Position numbers and translations under genes: made by a program. Positions 27,650 through 40,019 of a DNA stretch of 64,000 bases are shown in pieces. Location: NCBI GenBank assembly GCA_044892505.1, contig CM097883.1, positions 421,848,001 to 421,912,000 of the forward strand. The letters run 5' to 3'. The DNA comes from Schmidtea nova (Eukaryota). Under the pieces are notes generated by a model. It searched no databases and was not told the origin of the DNA. It saw nothing but the letters and a program-made list of their open reading frames with translations. The number at the start of each line of letters is the position of its first letter. The stretch's first letter is position 1.

Positions 27650-29575
27650 GTGTCTCTAGGGTAATTTAGCATGCTGATTCCGAAATTTTTATCGAAATTT
27701 CTCCATCACGTCTAGTTTTTTATATAAAGCAGTATCCGAAATTTAGAAAAAAAGTCATTTAGAAGGAAAGTTAGTTGAAGTTAACGATATATTTTTAAGG
27801 AGATTGTCATTAAAAATATAGTAAATCATAGCGAAAACAATTTATGATAGACACAGACAGAAGTAGAAAGATTGCATGAGAATTTCAACAGCAAGATAAA
27901 TGAAACGGAAAAATACGCTGAGTTAGGCTGTCACTATTTGATATTTCAGCAAAGAAACGCAGTGTCAATAAAATTTAAGTATCAACATTCATTAACCAGC
28001 AAAAGTCTGCCATCATCCTTGAGTCACTCCTGCCTTGATAGCGATTTTCAATAGCTTTGATTGTCTGGTGAAACCTTTCACCGTGTGCATTACTCACTTT
28101 TCCCAGATCGTCAGGAAAAAATTCCAGATGATTCTTCAAAAAATGAATTTTGAGAGACATATTGACATGTAAGAGGTAGAAAAATAATAATATGATACAG
28201 CCACAATAATTTGAAGTTATCTTCAGTGCAGCAAAAGCATCAAGAAGCTCAGAAACGACTTCTTTGTAGTTGCTAGAGTGGTTTTTCCCAAAAAATTTCT
28301 GACTACCTCTAGGAGAGCATTCCAGACTCGAAGTTCTATCTGGTTGAGTGTCATTCTGAACACTTCACTTTCCATTATCTTCCTTAACTGTGGGCCGACA
28401 AAAACTCCTTCCTTTATCTTTGCTGCGGACAATCTGGGGAATTTCCGTCTCAGTGTTTCCATCGGCTCTCCTTCTGTATTCAAGACTTTAACAAATTGCT
28501 TAAACAGGCCCAATTTGATGTGGAGAGGAGGTAACAAGACGTCATTAGGATCGACTAAAGAGTTGTATTTGATTGAATATGTCCCCGGTACTCGTGTCTG
28601 TCTAGCTGGCCACTGATTGGTAGTTTAGTGGTTTTGTCTATCTCTGCTATCCCACAGACATAAAAAGCAACAGAATTTGGTGTAGCCCTGTTGCATGCCC
28701 GTGAGCATTCCAACAATTTTGAGGTCTCCACCAACCTTCCACAGATATTGACTGTACTGAATAAGTGTTAGGATGGTATTCACTGTTTCATAAGTCTCTT
28801 TAACTAGTCTTCCATATACCATTGGGATAGCTGGATATTTGTTTTCGATGTGCAGAAGAACGGCTTTAATGCTGCAGACACTGCCATCAATGAACAACCA
28901 CCAATCTTTCTTAGCATCACTGACGAAACTAAGCTTTCCAAGCAAGCCATTAACATCACAACAATACACTAAAGAACTGTCTTCGTCCTTTTTGAAGTAA
29001 ACCTGGTATTCCATATCTCTGTGTCTATAAACTGAAATTCTTGTCTCCTTGTTTAAACTCCAAATTCTTTTAACATCGATGCTGCCAGACAAGCATCAGA
29101 TTTAGACAATTCCAACTTTCTTATAAACAAGTCCAATTAAGCTTGGCTGAGTCCCATTGTCTCATGAGTATGTTCATCAATGTATTCTTCACTGCTCGTG
29201 TCGTCTCCATTATTGTTTGAACTGTATTAATTTTCTTCACAAGCAGACGTGTCAGTTGGCTTTGAAGGATTTTCACCTTCTTAGTATGGAACTGGTCGGA
29301 CTGCTGAAAGCAAATCAGGATAAACTATATGTTAAGCACTTTTCTTGGTGAAACCTTTGACATTAGTCAGACAAAATTAACAGTCATTTACGTGGTTTGA
29401 CTGTTCTCTCCATGCCATAGGAGTTGAGAATGGTAGTTTTTTCAGTTTCCCAAATGATCACATGGAAAGATTCGAAGAGCATTTTCTGCAAACGGTATGA
29501 AATGCAAATGGTTTGTCTTGATCACCAAGTTTACATTTAAAATAACAATAAAATCTATGTTGAATCAATGCAGTG
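27650..29575 (-). mobile_element. Chapaev3-like (CMC superfamily) DNA transposase pseudogene, 5' end interrupted by an insertion
   Basis: Motifs in order: KLGDQDK...HTVCRKC, TPMAWREQSNH..DC, WWLFIDGS..SIKAVLLH, GDLKIVGMLTGMQQGYTKFCCFLCLWDSRD, LPPLHIKLGLFKQFVK, MSLKIHFLKNHLEFFP, HGERFHQ...RYQGR. Several stops and frameshifts are present. The DNA-transposase call is firm; the Chapaev3 label is from recall. Confidence 0.8.
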
Positions 29576-29757
29576 TGTTAAGTTAAGTAATAGTGGTTTG
29601 TAGTTTATGTGTGTATAAGGGGAGATTTGTAGAGCCCGAGAGAGTTACCGATTTATGTTGGGACACTCGGGGTGTCTGCTGTGTACGTGCTTGGGGGTGC
29701 GTATTATGTCAAATCAATAAAAGATTATTATAAAACAAAACAATGTTTATAACCACA
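29576..29757 (+). repeat. Short LTR-like element (TGT...ACA, TATAAG, AATAAA) at the Chapaev breakpoint
   Basis: Has TG...CA ends. The core TTTGTAGAGCCCGAGAGAG...GGGACACTCGGGGTGTCTG resembles the segments near 10400 and 11330. Confidence 0.5.
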
Positions 29758-30225
29758 ACTTTTATTTCATAAAATATGTTGGTCGTATTGCTTTTTTAAA
29801 TTTAAACAAAATCTCAACTTTCTACTTCCTTTCATTCATTTACCTCTTACTTTTGCTCTGTTTCCTTTCTAGGGTCGCAATACGCACATAAAAAGCATAC
29901 TGTCGATGTACCCGCGAATTTCCCTACATAACAGTCGATCGCAAGCCAGCAGGTGAGCTCCTTCACAAGAACTACTCCTGACTCGTCGCATCGTTCGGGT
30001 TCTACTTGACCGATAGAAGGTCTCATTCCTCTTATTCCCTCATCCAGTCGCAGGTCTCTAATTTGGGTGATTTAACACTCTAGCCGGTTCTATTTTCTTT
30101 CTGTCAGAGGTCTAATACTCCAGCTTTGTCTTTCGTTCAATCTATCATTAATATCCCTTCAGCCAACTATAACAAATTCCAAACTATTTATTATACATTT
30201 ATTTAATTAACACACAAAACGACAT

Positions 30226-30678
30226 TTATTGTTCGTCATCACACAAGTTTCCTGTCTCAATGTTCTTTAGCACCAATATTGATGTAGAGTTATTCTTCTC
30301 GTCGGCGAGCTTCTGTTTCAGTTGTCGCCGTCTCTGCGCATGTGACTTTCGACGATTTCGGGGTCTTCGCTCCTGCGATCCTTTCGTTAGTCCCGTTTCC
30401 GTCTTCTCATCAGGCAATCTGGGAAACCAATTTTCGAGAGTTATTGGCCTGATCTGATCTCGGAGTTGTACGGTCACAAAATTCTCGGTAATCATTCGCC
30501 GACAGTTTTTCACTTCTAACCTGGTCGCTTCTAGTTCGATCCGCTGCTCTTCGATCGTCGTTCGTGCTCGTTGTAATGTTTCCTGAACTCTCTTCATCTC
30601 CGCAGGATGAAAGTAGCTCTCTTCTAATTCAATTATACGACGTTTTAACTTTCCCATCGTTTCTCGTTCTGACGTCAT
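30226..30678 (-). CDS. ORF2 of unclassified family: 150-aa predicted coiled-coil protein with basic C-terminal patch
   Basis: Open frame; homologous to 53206-53826 (YFHPAEMKRVQETLQRARTTIEEQ vs WFNPERVKTILQARHRAERTIDEQ). Confidence 0.65.
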   Translation of the reverse strand: MTSERETMGKLKRRIIELEESYFHPAEMKRVQETLQRARTTIEEQRIELEATRLEVKNCRRMITENFVTVQLRDQIRPITLENWFPRLPDEKTETGLTKGSQERRPRNRRKSHAQRRRQLKQKLADEKNNSTSILVLKNIETGNLCDDEQ

Positions 30679-31024
30679 AGCTTTCTTAAAGAATTTTATG
30701 ATATTAGTGGAAATTGGAGTTATTGATTCGCCTCAGGAACTAAATCCTTCATCTTTACACTATTCCTACTCTCTGGTTGTCCTCGCTACTCACCACTCTA
30801 TCGTCCTCATTAAAGTGAACCTGTTACTATCTTAATATTCCCGGTTACATATGACTACTTAGGTTAAAAAATGAACACAACACATACAACGAAATGAACA
30901 CGGACTTAGTATATTTTTAACTACAACACTTTACACAAACTGCAGGTGGCGATCAACATAAGTCAATAAATTCGATGACATCGTCTTCATAATCCATATC
31001 GCTAACTCCTGTGGGACTTGCAAG

Positions 31025-31356
31025 TTAATTGGAGGGGTCATTAGCGGAAGGAGGGCCTAGTACGAACCAGCCGAGGCTCCAAAATTCCTCGACTGGAATT
31101 GTTCCCGTGTAGTAGATGTTGAATCGCCCGGGAATCTCGGTGGGCGATTCGACGAAATAATTCGGTAGATCCGGTGGATAATCTTTATCCACATCAACTG
31201 GCCATGCTCGACTACCATGCCATGTGATGATATCAAGGCTGTCTCTATGCAAACTGAAGCGAGGTTCCCTGCCATTCTCCAGGAAAGAAATTCTATGTTC
31301 GTCGACGATCTGCTGCGCAAGATCCGTCGGAATGTCCTTTAGTGGGAGAGCCTATA
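31025..31356 (-). CDS. ORF1 of unclassified family: Trp/Pro-rich protein fragment
   Basis: WHGSRAW...PPDLPNYF...TGTIPVEEFWSLGWFVLGPP aligns with WEGDTDW...PENPRWF...TGMMSGKELHQLGYTLLDRP in ORF 52437-53072. Confidence 0.6.
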
Positions 31357-32689
31357 TAAGATAATTCTACCTCGCTCCCGATTTCCTTTCCTCCGATTCC
31401 TTCTCCGTCATACTATCGTCTTCTGCTTTTAGATGAATACTCAATCGTTGCATGTCTAATCTAGATATGATAAATAACATTACAAAATTTAGGAAACATT
31501 GGGGGAAGCGCCTCTCCAGAATATTTTCTATGTTATCGTACCTAGCGTGGTCTGCATTTTTTGGAAGTGAAGAGTCCTCTAACTGTGGTATTCTCAGGAA
31601 TCGCGATAACTTGTCATTTTAGGTTCGACTCACTTACGGTAATTTCATTATTTATTTTCTCTTTTGGGGTCGTCAAAATTTTATTCCGTTTATTTTAATT
31701 CCCGCCAATAGATTGAATGTACGATTGCTTGTCATTTATTACGGTCGACATAGTTCTACTTTAACGACAGTTCTTGTGTGGGCTTAATTCGACTGCCCAA
31801 TCTCAAGTGACACTCTCCTCACACTAAACAAAACTACTCGTCGACTTATCAGGCCTCCATTGTAATCAATGAAAATTCATTCATACTTTCCCACAACAAT
31901 TCTCCGCTCTCCTGGCATTAAGTGTTTTCTCTGCCACTTCACATTTTCCTGAAAATTCGATCTAAAACGCTTGACAATCTACACAATTCCCCGCTCGCGT
32001 GGCCTTAAATGTTTTATACTGCCACTTCACAATTTCCTAAAATTTCACTACACGTACTTGAAAAATTGTCACTTGAGATTATGCCGCTAACCTACAGTGC
32101 GCTGTTGACTGAATATTTCACATATTACCCAACTAGATGAAAAACCCCTGGTAAACAATTTTATCGATTTAGTCAGAAATTTCAGTCAAATTGGTGTAAT
32201 GGGTACAATCTACCAGAAAACATTTAATGTAATTATAACGTTAGTTGGCGCACCTGGCCGATTTATTAGTAGGTTTAAAATAGTTTTTCGCTCTCTTTTA
32301 CGTTTGGTGGTATAAATGGTCTAATTTGTAACGCTCAAATAGTCATATCCCTCTTACAACGGGTGGAAAACTCACTACAGGAAGTTCACTGAAAGTTAAC
32401 GTTCCCGATTTTGTATGGATTATTATCATCATTTTCCAATTTATTGTCCTACATTCTGCTTAACTCTCGGTTAGTTACTACACTGGAAACCTGCATCGGA
32501 CGGCTCCGACATTCACCATATTATTTCAACATAAAAAAATCTTGTACGGAAATCACCATCCTCGCCCCGTTCCCGAAGGCCCGAAACGAAGATGGAAACT
32601 CCTGGAGAGCCGACGAATCTGAACTGATTGTCGAGACCCTCGCATTATCTATATGTATGATATAAAACGAATGAGAACACATAGGGTTA

Positions 32690-33246
32690 TTATCATAAAT
32701 TTTTATTTAACAGCAATACAGATGACTTGCAATTTACTTCCGAGCAAAAGTGTTGGATTAGAACTGTGTCCTACGAGTGTTGCTATGATAATAATGCAAA
32801 TATGTAACTGGTGTAAATTAGTGGTTTTTGCGTGTAGAAATGATATACACTAGTATATATGACATTAATTTTGACTGTCCTGAGCGCCTCCTTATATAGT
32901 CAAATTGGCGCTCAGGCAGCCAATCAGAATCGAGTACTTCTTTTATTGGTTAATTTATTCGTTTCTATATTTTATTTTATTTATTCGTTTTTATTATATT
33001 ATTTGTTTTATTCATTTCATTTATTTTCATTAATTCCTCTTATTTTCTCAATTTCTATTTGATTTCACATTTTTATCACTTTTTCATCGATTTTTCATTT
33101 TTGTTTTAATTGTACTCTTTCCTGTTACTGCTTTCTCAATTGTTTCCTAACTTTCATTATCATTTTATTATTTCTTTCTGATTCTTTGTCATTTCCTAAT
33201 TAATTGCTCACTTTATTTCTTTATTTGTTTTTGCACTAACCCAACA
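32690..33246 (-). repeat. LTR-like repeat (TGTTGGGTTAG start, CCAAT, TATA, AATAAA)
   Basis: Diverged direct copy at 36560-37127; both share GATTGGCTGC(C/T)TGAGCGCC...TAT(A/A)AA...GGCGCTCA. Confidence 0.7.
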
Positions 33247-33699
33247 AATATAATAAAATTTGAATCACTACTCACGTATTTATTGAAAAAGATCATATAA
33301 TGTCAATCATAAAAGTTCAAAATGTCTTTGATTTTTGTTAACTTCCGTACAATTTGTGATTCTGTTTTCCTTGGAAATTTATTTTTTAATAATTTTCAAA
33401 TTTTTTCCTTTGGCTATTTTGTTGTCAACTTTTTAAATTCCTATAATTTTTTATTACTATAGGAATTGATTTTGAATTATGTATTTTATATAATTATTTA
33501 TTTTAATTTTCATGGCACATTTGCCAATCAACCAGTCATAAAAATAACAGAAATGATGAAATGGGAGAAGGGTCATCCCGTGTCCGAAAGGATGCCCACG
33601 ACCTCAAAAGCGGTTGCAATAATTATAACAACAATAGGATAATAACAATGATACAAATGACCATAATAAAAATGAAAGTAACGACAAAGTATAACCTTT

Positions 33700-36130
33700 A
33701 CATAACTTCCCCCTTTAAAACCGGAGGATATATATTTACAAAAATAAATCGAAAGTTGTCTGTACATATTTCATTTCTGTTTTGTGTGTGTTTGGTATGT
33801 TTGTGTACTGTCTTTAACAACTCACAATAAAAAATAAAAATATACAAAGATCATATGTTTGCATGTTATGTAGTGTTGTGTTGCTTTTGGTTGCGTGTCT
33901 TGGTGATGTATTATTTGAAGCAGTCACTGTATTGTTTTTTGTATGGGGTGATAATAGCATTTTTGTCAAATTCCTTTATTGCGTTTTTGTTGTTGAATGT
34001 TATATGTTTTTTCTTTGTTTGGGTTTCGTTGGGTGACGTGTTGCATGGGGATTACATATATGTTGATGATATGGTTTTATCCGTCGTATGTTAATTCTCA
34101 TTTTGCTGTTGTTTTTTATAATGGTGGCTACATTTTTGTTTATTTCTAACAGTTTATACGGGTCTTCATATTTAGCCTCGAATCCTTTTGTGAAAGGTTT
34201 TTTTATTAATATGTAGTCCGAGGTTAGCATTGTTTTTCCGTCTGACTCGGAGTTTTCCCTCCTTTTAAAGATTCCCTTTGGTTTGTTTATTTCGGTTTCT
34301 TTTCTCTTTTGACTGTCAGTTTTCAGTGATGGTAAATTTGTTGATTTGTATTTGTTGTATTTGTTGCAAAGAACCTTGAACATTTCGGATTCAAATTGTT
34401 TGCCTTGATCAGTTATAATTGTTTTTGGTTGTCCGTAGTGAGCTATCCAATTTAGTTCTATCATTTTGCAAATATTTTTAGCGGTTATTTCCTTTATTGT
34501 TATTACCTCGAACCAATTAGTCTTTCTATCTATAATTGTTAATAAGTATTTGTTGTCCTCGTTTGGTGGCAGACGTCCTACAATGTCAGTGTGAATTATC
34601 TCAAAAGCTTGGCTGCTTGGGAAATTCACTTTTTGACTTTTGAGTTTTTTTGAAGTTTTGTTTAGTTGGCAATTTGGACAACTTGTTACAAAATTCTTTA
34701 TATCGGTTCTCATGTTGGGCCATACATAATTGTTATGTATTAGTTCGTATGTTGTTTTGTTTCCCGGGTGATTTATTGTGTGCATCTTTTTAATGCATAT
34801 TCTTCGGAATTCCTCTGGGAGTAATATTCGTTTGTTAGTTTCATTTGATATGTCGTACCATACTCCGTTATATTCCTGAAGTTGCAGGCTATGTTTTGTA
34901 GGAAGTTTTCTTATTGTCTCGGATTGTTTAGGTTTAATTTGTTCTATTTCTATTATTTTCTCGAATTCCAAGGAGTTTATGTCGCTTTCTATTCTAGATA
35001 GAGCATCTGCCGCGACGTTTGATTTTCCAGCTACGTAATTTATAGTGCAATTGAATTGGGAGATAAAATTCAATTGTCGAATTTGTCTTGGCGATGGATT
35101 ATTGATCGCTATTGCGTTTAATAGGGGCTTGTGGTCAGTATATATTTTAAAAGTTTGCCCTTCTAGTAAGTGTTGAAAATGTTTAATTGCATCATGTATC
35201 GCTAGGAGTTCTCTGTCAAATGTCGAATATCTCATTTGATGAAACTTTAGTTTTTTTGAGAAGAATCCTATTGGTTGTTTTCCAAATTGATTGTCCTGAT
35301 ATATTGTTGCGCCCATTGCGAAACCTGAACAATCTGTTGTTAGTTGGTATTCTAATTTTGGATCTGGATATCCGAGTAATGTTGCTTGAGAAAGGCTTTC
35401 TTTAGCTTTTTCTAATGCTTCCGTTGTTTGTTGTGTCCAATTTATTCTGATATTTCGTTTTGTTTTTATGATTTCATTTAGTGGTGCCAATAATTTGCTA
35501 CAGTTGGGAATATAGAAGTGGTAAAAGTTTACCATTCCCAAGAATCTTCTCAATTCCTTAGTGTTAATTGGCAATTTGTAATTTTTAATGTTGCTTATTT
35601 TGTTTTCAATTGGTTGTGTTCCTTTTTCGTTTAGGGTATGTCCGAGGAAGTTTATTTCGTTTTTCATGAATTCGCATTTTTGTGCGTTGATTTTTAGTTT
35701 TGCCTTTTTTAATGTCTCGAAAACGTTCTTAATGTCGTTTAAATGTGTTCCCTTGTCTGGGCTAGTTATTAATATGTCGTCCAGATAGGCGATTGTGTTT
35801 TTGTTGCTTTTCATTGTTTGATCCATAAATCGCTGGATAGTTGCTGCTGCGTTTCGTAGACCGAAAGGCATTCGGTTGTATTCAAACATTCCGACCGGTG
35901 TTGTTATTGCAGTCTTTTTTATGTCTTCTTTCCTTATTGGGATCTGATGATATGCTTTTTGCAGATCAATTTTTGAAAAGTATTTTGCGCCCTTTATTCG
36001 GTTAATTATGTCTTTTATAATTAGTAATGGGTAGCTGTATGGTTCTGTGATTTTGTTTAGAAGTCTTTAATCACCACAGGCTCTCCATTCTCCATTTGCT
36101 TTTTGTTTTAACATCAAAGCAGTAGACCAT
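33700..36130 (-). mobile_element. Ty3/Gypsy pol (RT-RNase H-integrase) with internal integrase deletion and polypurine tract
   Basis: 629-aa ORF 34000-35889 contains RMPFGLRNA, YLDDILI, TDCSGFAMGA, integrase HHCC (HPG...CPNC), IHTDIVG and ITDQGKQF. The RT N-terminus (KIDLQKAYHQIP) lies upstream, past one stop codon. PPT AAAGGGGGAAG is near 33707-33717. Confidence 0.93.
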
Positions 36131-36559
36131 TCTGAATTTGAATGTTTGACGATGTTGTTTTCCAGCAATTCATCGAAAATATTTTTCGTAATTTCTATTT
36201 TTTGGGATCCAGTGGCCTTACTTTTGCGTGTACTGGGTTTCCATTAGTTATTATTGCGTGTTCAGTTATGTATTCTGAATCATCGCTAAATTGTACTGGT
36301 TCAGTTAATTGTGTTATCAGTCTTGTGTTATTTTATTTGTTTTGTGAAAACAAAATTGAGTTTATTTACCTACTGTGTTCAGTCAAAACATCTCACCTTC
36401 CTTTATAGTTCTATAATAACTATGCTAAAGGGAAAGGTGATTTGAAAAAAAAATTCGTCGAAACTACCGGAAAGCCGACAACCCTTATGGCCGCCCAGAC
36501 TCTCAAGGCAACTTACCACAATCATGAGTTTAGCTTGAAAAATTAGAATTAAGAACAAC

Positions 36560-37127
36560 ACAATATTTCATAATAAAATATTTATTAGAGAATCAAGAAT
36601 TACTTACAATATCTTCCGTGATCAATGATAATATTGGATAGAAGATGTCACTCCGAGTGATACTATAAACTAAATACTTGACAAAATATGCTGCTAAAAT
36701 TGTTCACGCTAATAAAAATATACTTTAAATTAGATGCTAAAATGATGACTTGAGCGCCCTTTTTATACTAATTTTGGCGCTCAAGCAGCCAATCAAAATC
36801 GCTTTAGCTTTTTATTGGCTAAATAAACCGATTTTATATATTTTTCATTTATTTCCTGTTTTATGTTAATTATTTCTTTTCTTTTTGTTATTATTTGTTA
36901 TTTAATATTATTAATTGATTTAATTCCTATTTTTATTCTTTTATTTTCGTGTTACATTTAGGGTTTTCCTTGTTTTTATTTGTTTTAATCTTCTCTTTGG
37001 TTATTATATTTTTCTCAATTCTTTGATATTTTTTATTTCAATTTTCTTTTATTGTTTCACTTTCTAGTTACTTATTTTTATTATTTCTCCATTGTGCTGC
37101 ATTATTATCGTCTGTGCTAACCCAACA
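36560..37127 (-). repeat. LTR-like repeat, diverged copy of 32690-33246
   Basis: Same start (TGTTGGGTTAG), same CCAAT/TATA module and a downstream AATAAA. Confidence 0.7.
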
Positions 37128-37635
37128 ATGATCATTAGTTTGTCTAGTGTTCCGCATTAGATTCGAAATCCAATAAAGTAATTTTTGAAATTAAATTTTG
37201 TTCTGGTGAATCTTTTATAAGCTAGAATTATATTGAGCAACGAGTATTTGACGCAATATTTTTGATATTATTTTAAGTACAATTTAGATATTTTACAGCA
37301 CAATTGATTTTTGTGATCTAGTGGAAATTCTCACCAGTAAAAATAATCAATAAAGAGTTTACAATTTAAATACAAAAATATGATTATTTACTAAAATCTT
37401 CATCTTCTATATTGATTTTAATTTTTCATCGAAAAAATCAGTATAGATTGATTGATAAGTTGAAGAAATCTCATTGGATTTTTGTAAATTCATTTTTAAT
37501 TTAGTAAAATTGGATTAATTCATTGTAAAAATTGTTATATTTTTATGGTATATTTTTAGGTTATATCTGTGAGATCTATAACTGATTAAATGTGATAATA
37601 ATGATACCTTTATGTTATACAAGTGATACGATAAG

Positions 37636-37720
37636 AAAATAATTATAGTGGTTTCAACTTTCGTTACCCATACAACAAAATAATTATAGTGGTTTCAACT
37701 TTCGTTACCCATAAAACAAA
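37636..37720. repeat. 41-bp tandem duplication
   Basis: AAAATAATTATAGTGGTTTCAACTTTCGTTACCCATA starts at 37636 and 37677. Confidence 0.9.
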
Positions 37721-37861
37721 AGTCAAATAGGCACAATGAAACATTTATTTATATGGTTTTAAAACTGTTTATTATTTCGTGCTTTTTATTTTTAACTGGT
37801 TCTTCTTTCATGATTTTTTAAACAAACTTTTTTGTACCTAAAAATATTTTAATTTAATATA

Positions 37862-38440
37862 CACTGGAACCTCGATTTGCGTCGTTAATTGGGACTTGAA
37901 AAAGATGGCGCAAATCGAGTTTTTAGTATTGATGTATGTATAACTATATTTTGTTAATAAGAACTAACAGAAAACAATTCCTTGTATCAAAAACTATATA
38001 ATTCATATGTATATAATACCAACATAAGAAAACGAACATGAAGAAAATACTATAATACATAAATTCACTAACATAAAAGAAAATAACAAATAACATAAAA
38101 ATTCATTAAATAAAAAAAAAATCTTTTACATTGCACAAACATTATAACATAACTTATAATTTAATATTGACGAGTGACGATTCTAATTTGATGAACCTGA
38201 CGATTCTAAATCAATTTTTACACACACACACACATATAGCAATTTCCTAAAAAACGACTGTGAATTATAATTGGGATGTAAAAATTGAATTACAGAATTA
38301 AATGGGACATCCTATTTATATAAAATTTAAGCGACGCAAACCAAAATTTTAACGACGCAACTCTGAAATGACGAAAATTCAAGAATGACGCAACTTCGAA
38401 AACAACGCAAATCGAAACGACGCAAATCGAGGTTCTAGTA
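37862..38440. mobile_element. pogo/Tigger-like MITE
   Basis: TIRs CACTGGAACCTCGATTTGCGTCGTT and AACGACGCAAATCGAGGTTCTAGTA, TA flanks, and subterminal ACGCAA repeats at the right end. Confidence 0.82.
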
Positions 38441-38579
38441 TATATATATATATATATATTGACACATTAAAACAAAATTTTCGTTCTAAAAAATTCATTT
38501 ATATAATATGAATATCCAAATAATAAAATAACTCTTGCAAAACAGAATAAGCTTTTTAAATTAAAGCTGTCATTAATTT

Positions 38580-39194
38580 TGTCATTTTCTAAAAATAAAA
38601 ATTGTAATCTTCTCGGTTTCTCGGCGAACGTTGATATGGAAGCGTTCACAAATTTTTCGTTGCCATCAATTTTCTTTCTATGTACGCTCATCATTCATAA
38701 ACCTGGCAATCGTTCTCCTTACATGGTTGACCTTGTCCATGTCTTTACTCTTCGTAATTTGCTAAATGAGCGTTCCACCGTACATGTTGTGATGAGAAGA
38801 GTGACGCCAACTTTAATAGCTTGAAAAATTGCAGGATAAAATCTTTTAGCTTTATTTAATAAATCTTATATATTCCACCTTTGATGTATCCACGTCATCT
38901 TCCGCCCAAGTTTCATACCATGTAAAAGCTTCACTAATAAAGTTATCCATAAGAAAATTTACATAAAATTGTTTTAAATTTGTTGCAATCTTTAAAAAAT
39001 CAGTTTTTATCAACAATTTCATTTCCCGTGGGTGCAGTTGCGAGAAGGGTGTACTATTGCTCTCAGAAAAGCACTCATTCAAGTCACAAATAATCGAATC
39101 TGAATAAGGAATGAATATCGATCTTCTAAAATACTCCTCAATAGAATTTGCTGGTTGATTGGAATTGTGTGCCATTATCATCTTCCCAATACGG

Positions 39195-39195
<1 letters not shown>
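38580..39195 (-). mobile_element. hAT transposase 3' remnant (THAP12/ZMYM-like clade) with dimerisation domain
   Basis: SNQPANSIEEYFRRSIFIPYSDSII and TTCTVERSFSKLRRVKTWTRSTM...ERLPGL; broken at the (TA)n tract. Confidence 0.82.

Positions 39196-39196
<1 letters not shown>

Positions 39197-39260
<64 letters not shown>
39197..39260. repeat. (TA)n microsatellite
   Basis: Direct reading. Confidence 0.95.
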
Positions 39261-39263
<3 letters not shown>

Positions 39264-40019
39264 CGAAGGGACTACAATAATAATAGTTTTAAAACTTTAT
39301 TAATTTATAACAACTCGTAATATTCAAACAAACTTAATAGCATGAATTAAAAAAATTTTAACAAACAAAATTTAACAAAATTTACTTTAATTAATTCATT
39401 TTTTAAAAATAAAACTAATGAATATAACCAATCTATTAGTCAAACGTCTTTGAGGAGCAATCCAATAATATAATACCTGCACAAATGATCTGAGAATTTA
39501 TTAATAAATCTTTACTAAATTTCCGAAAAATTTATTTTCAAATCAAAGTAAGCTAAAATGTCTAATTATTTTTAAACAAACCACTTCTCCGTAACTCTCA
39601 ATATTAAAACAAAAATATAATAATATTACATCAAAATTTACTAAGAATTTTTTCAAAAAGTAATATCTCAAAAATCATAGTGAGTTTCATTTTCTTCTAA
39701 AGTTTTTATTATTAAAGATAAGCTTTTTTTGAAAACTTTTGTATTTATAGATCACTACACACTCTTTTTACCAGTTTGATTTCATAGAATTAGTTTATTC
39801 CACTTGTTTATTCATCGGATACGAATCATCTCTTATTTCATATTCCAAAATCAATTTTTTGTAAGTTAACATCGTCGGATAAACATTCAAAAATAAAATA
39901 CCAAAATCCAGAAAATTTTATTTCAAAAACTCCATTAATTTATTATAGCATTTCTTGTAGCTAGCTTTTAGGAGTGCTATAGTTATCTCGTTCATTCTTA
40001 TCTTTTTCATGGTCTTTCA

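Noticed and set aside
35187-35788. Antisense ORFs over Gypsy pol, MULE and PolB regions
   Set aside because: Shadow frames of real coding sequence on the opposite strand, with no motifs of their own.
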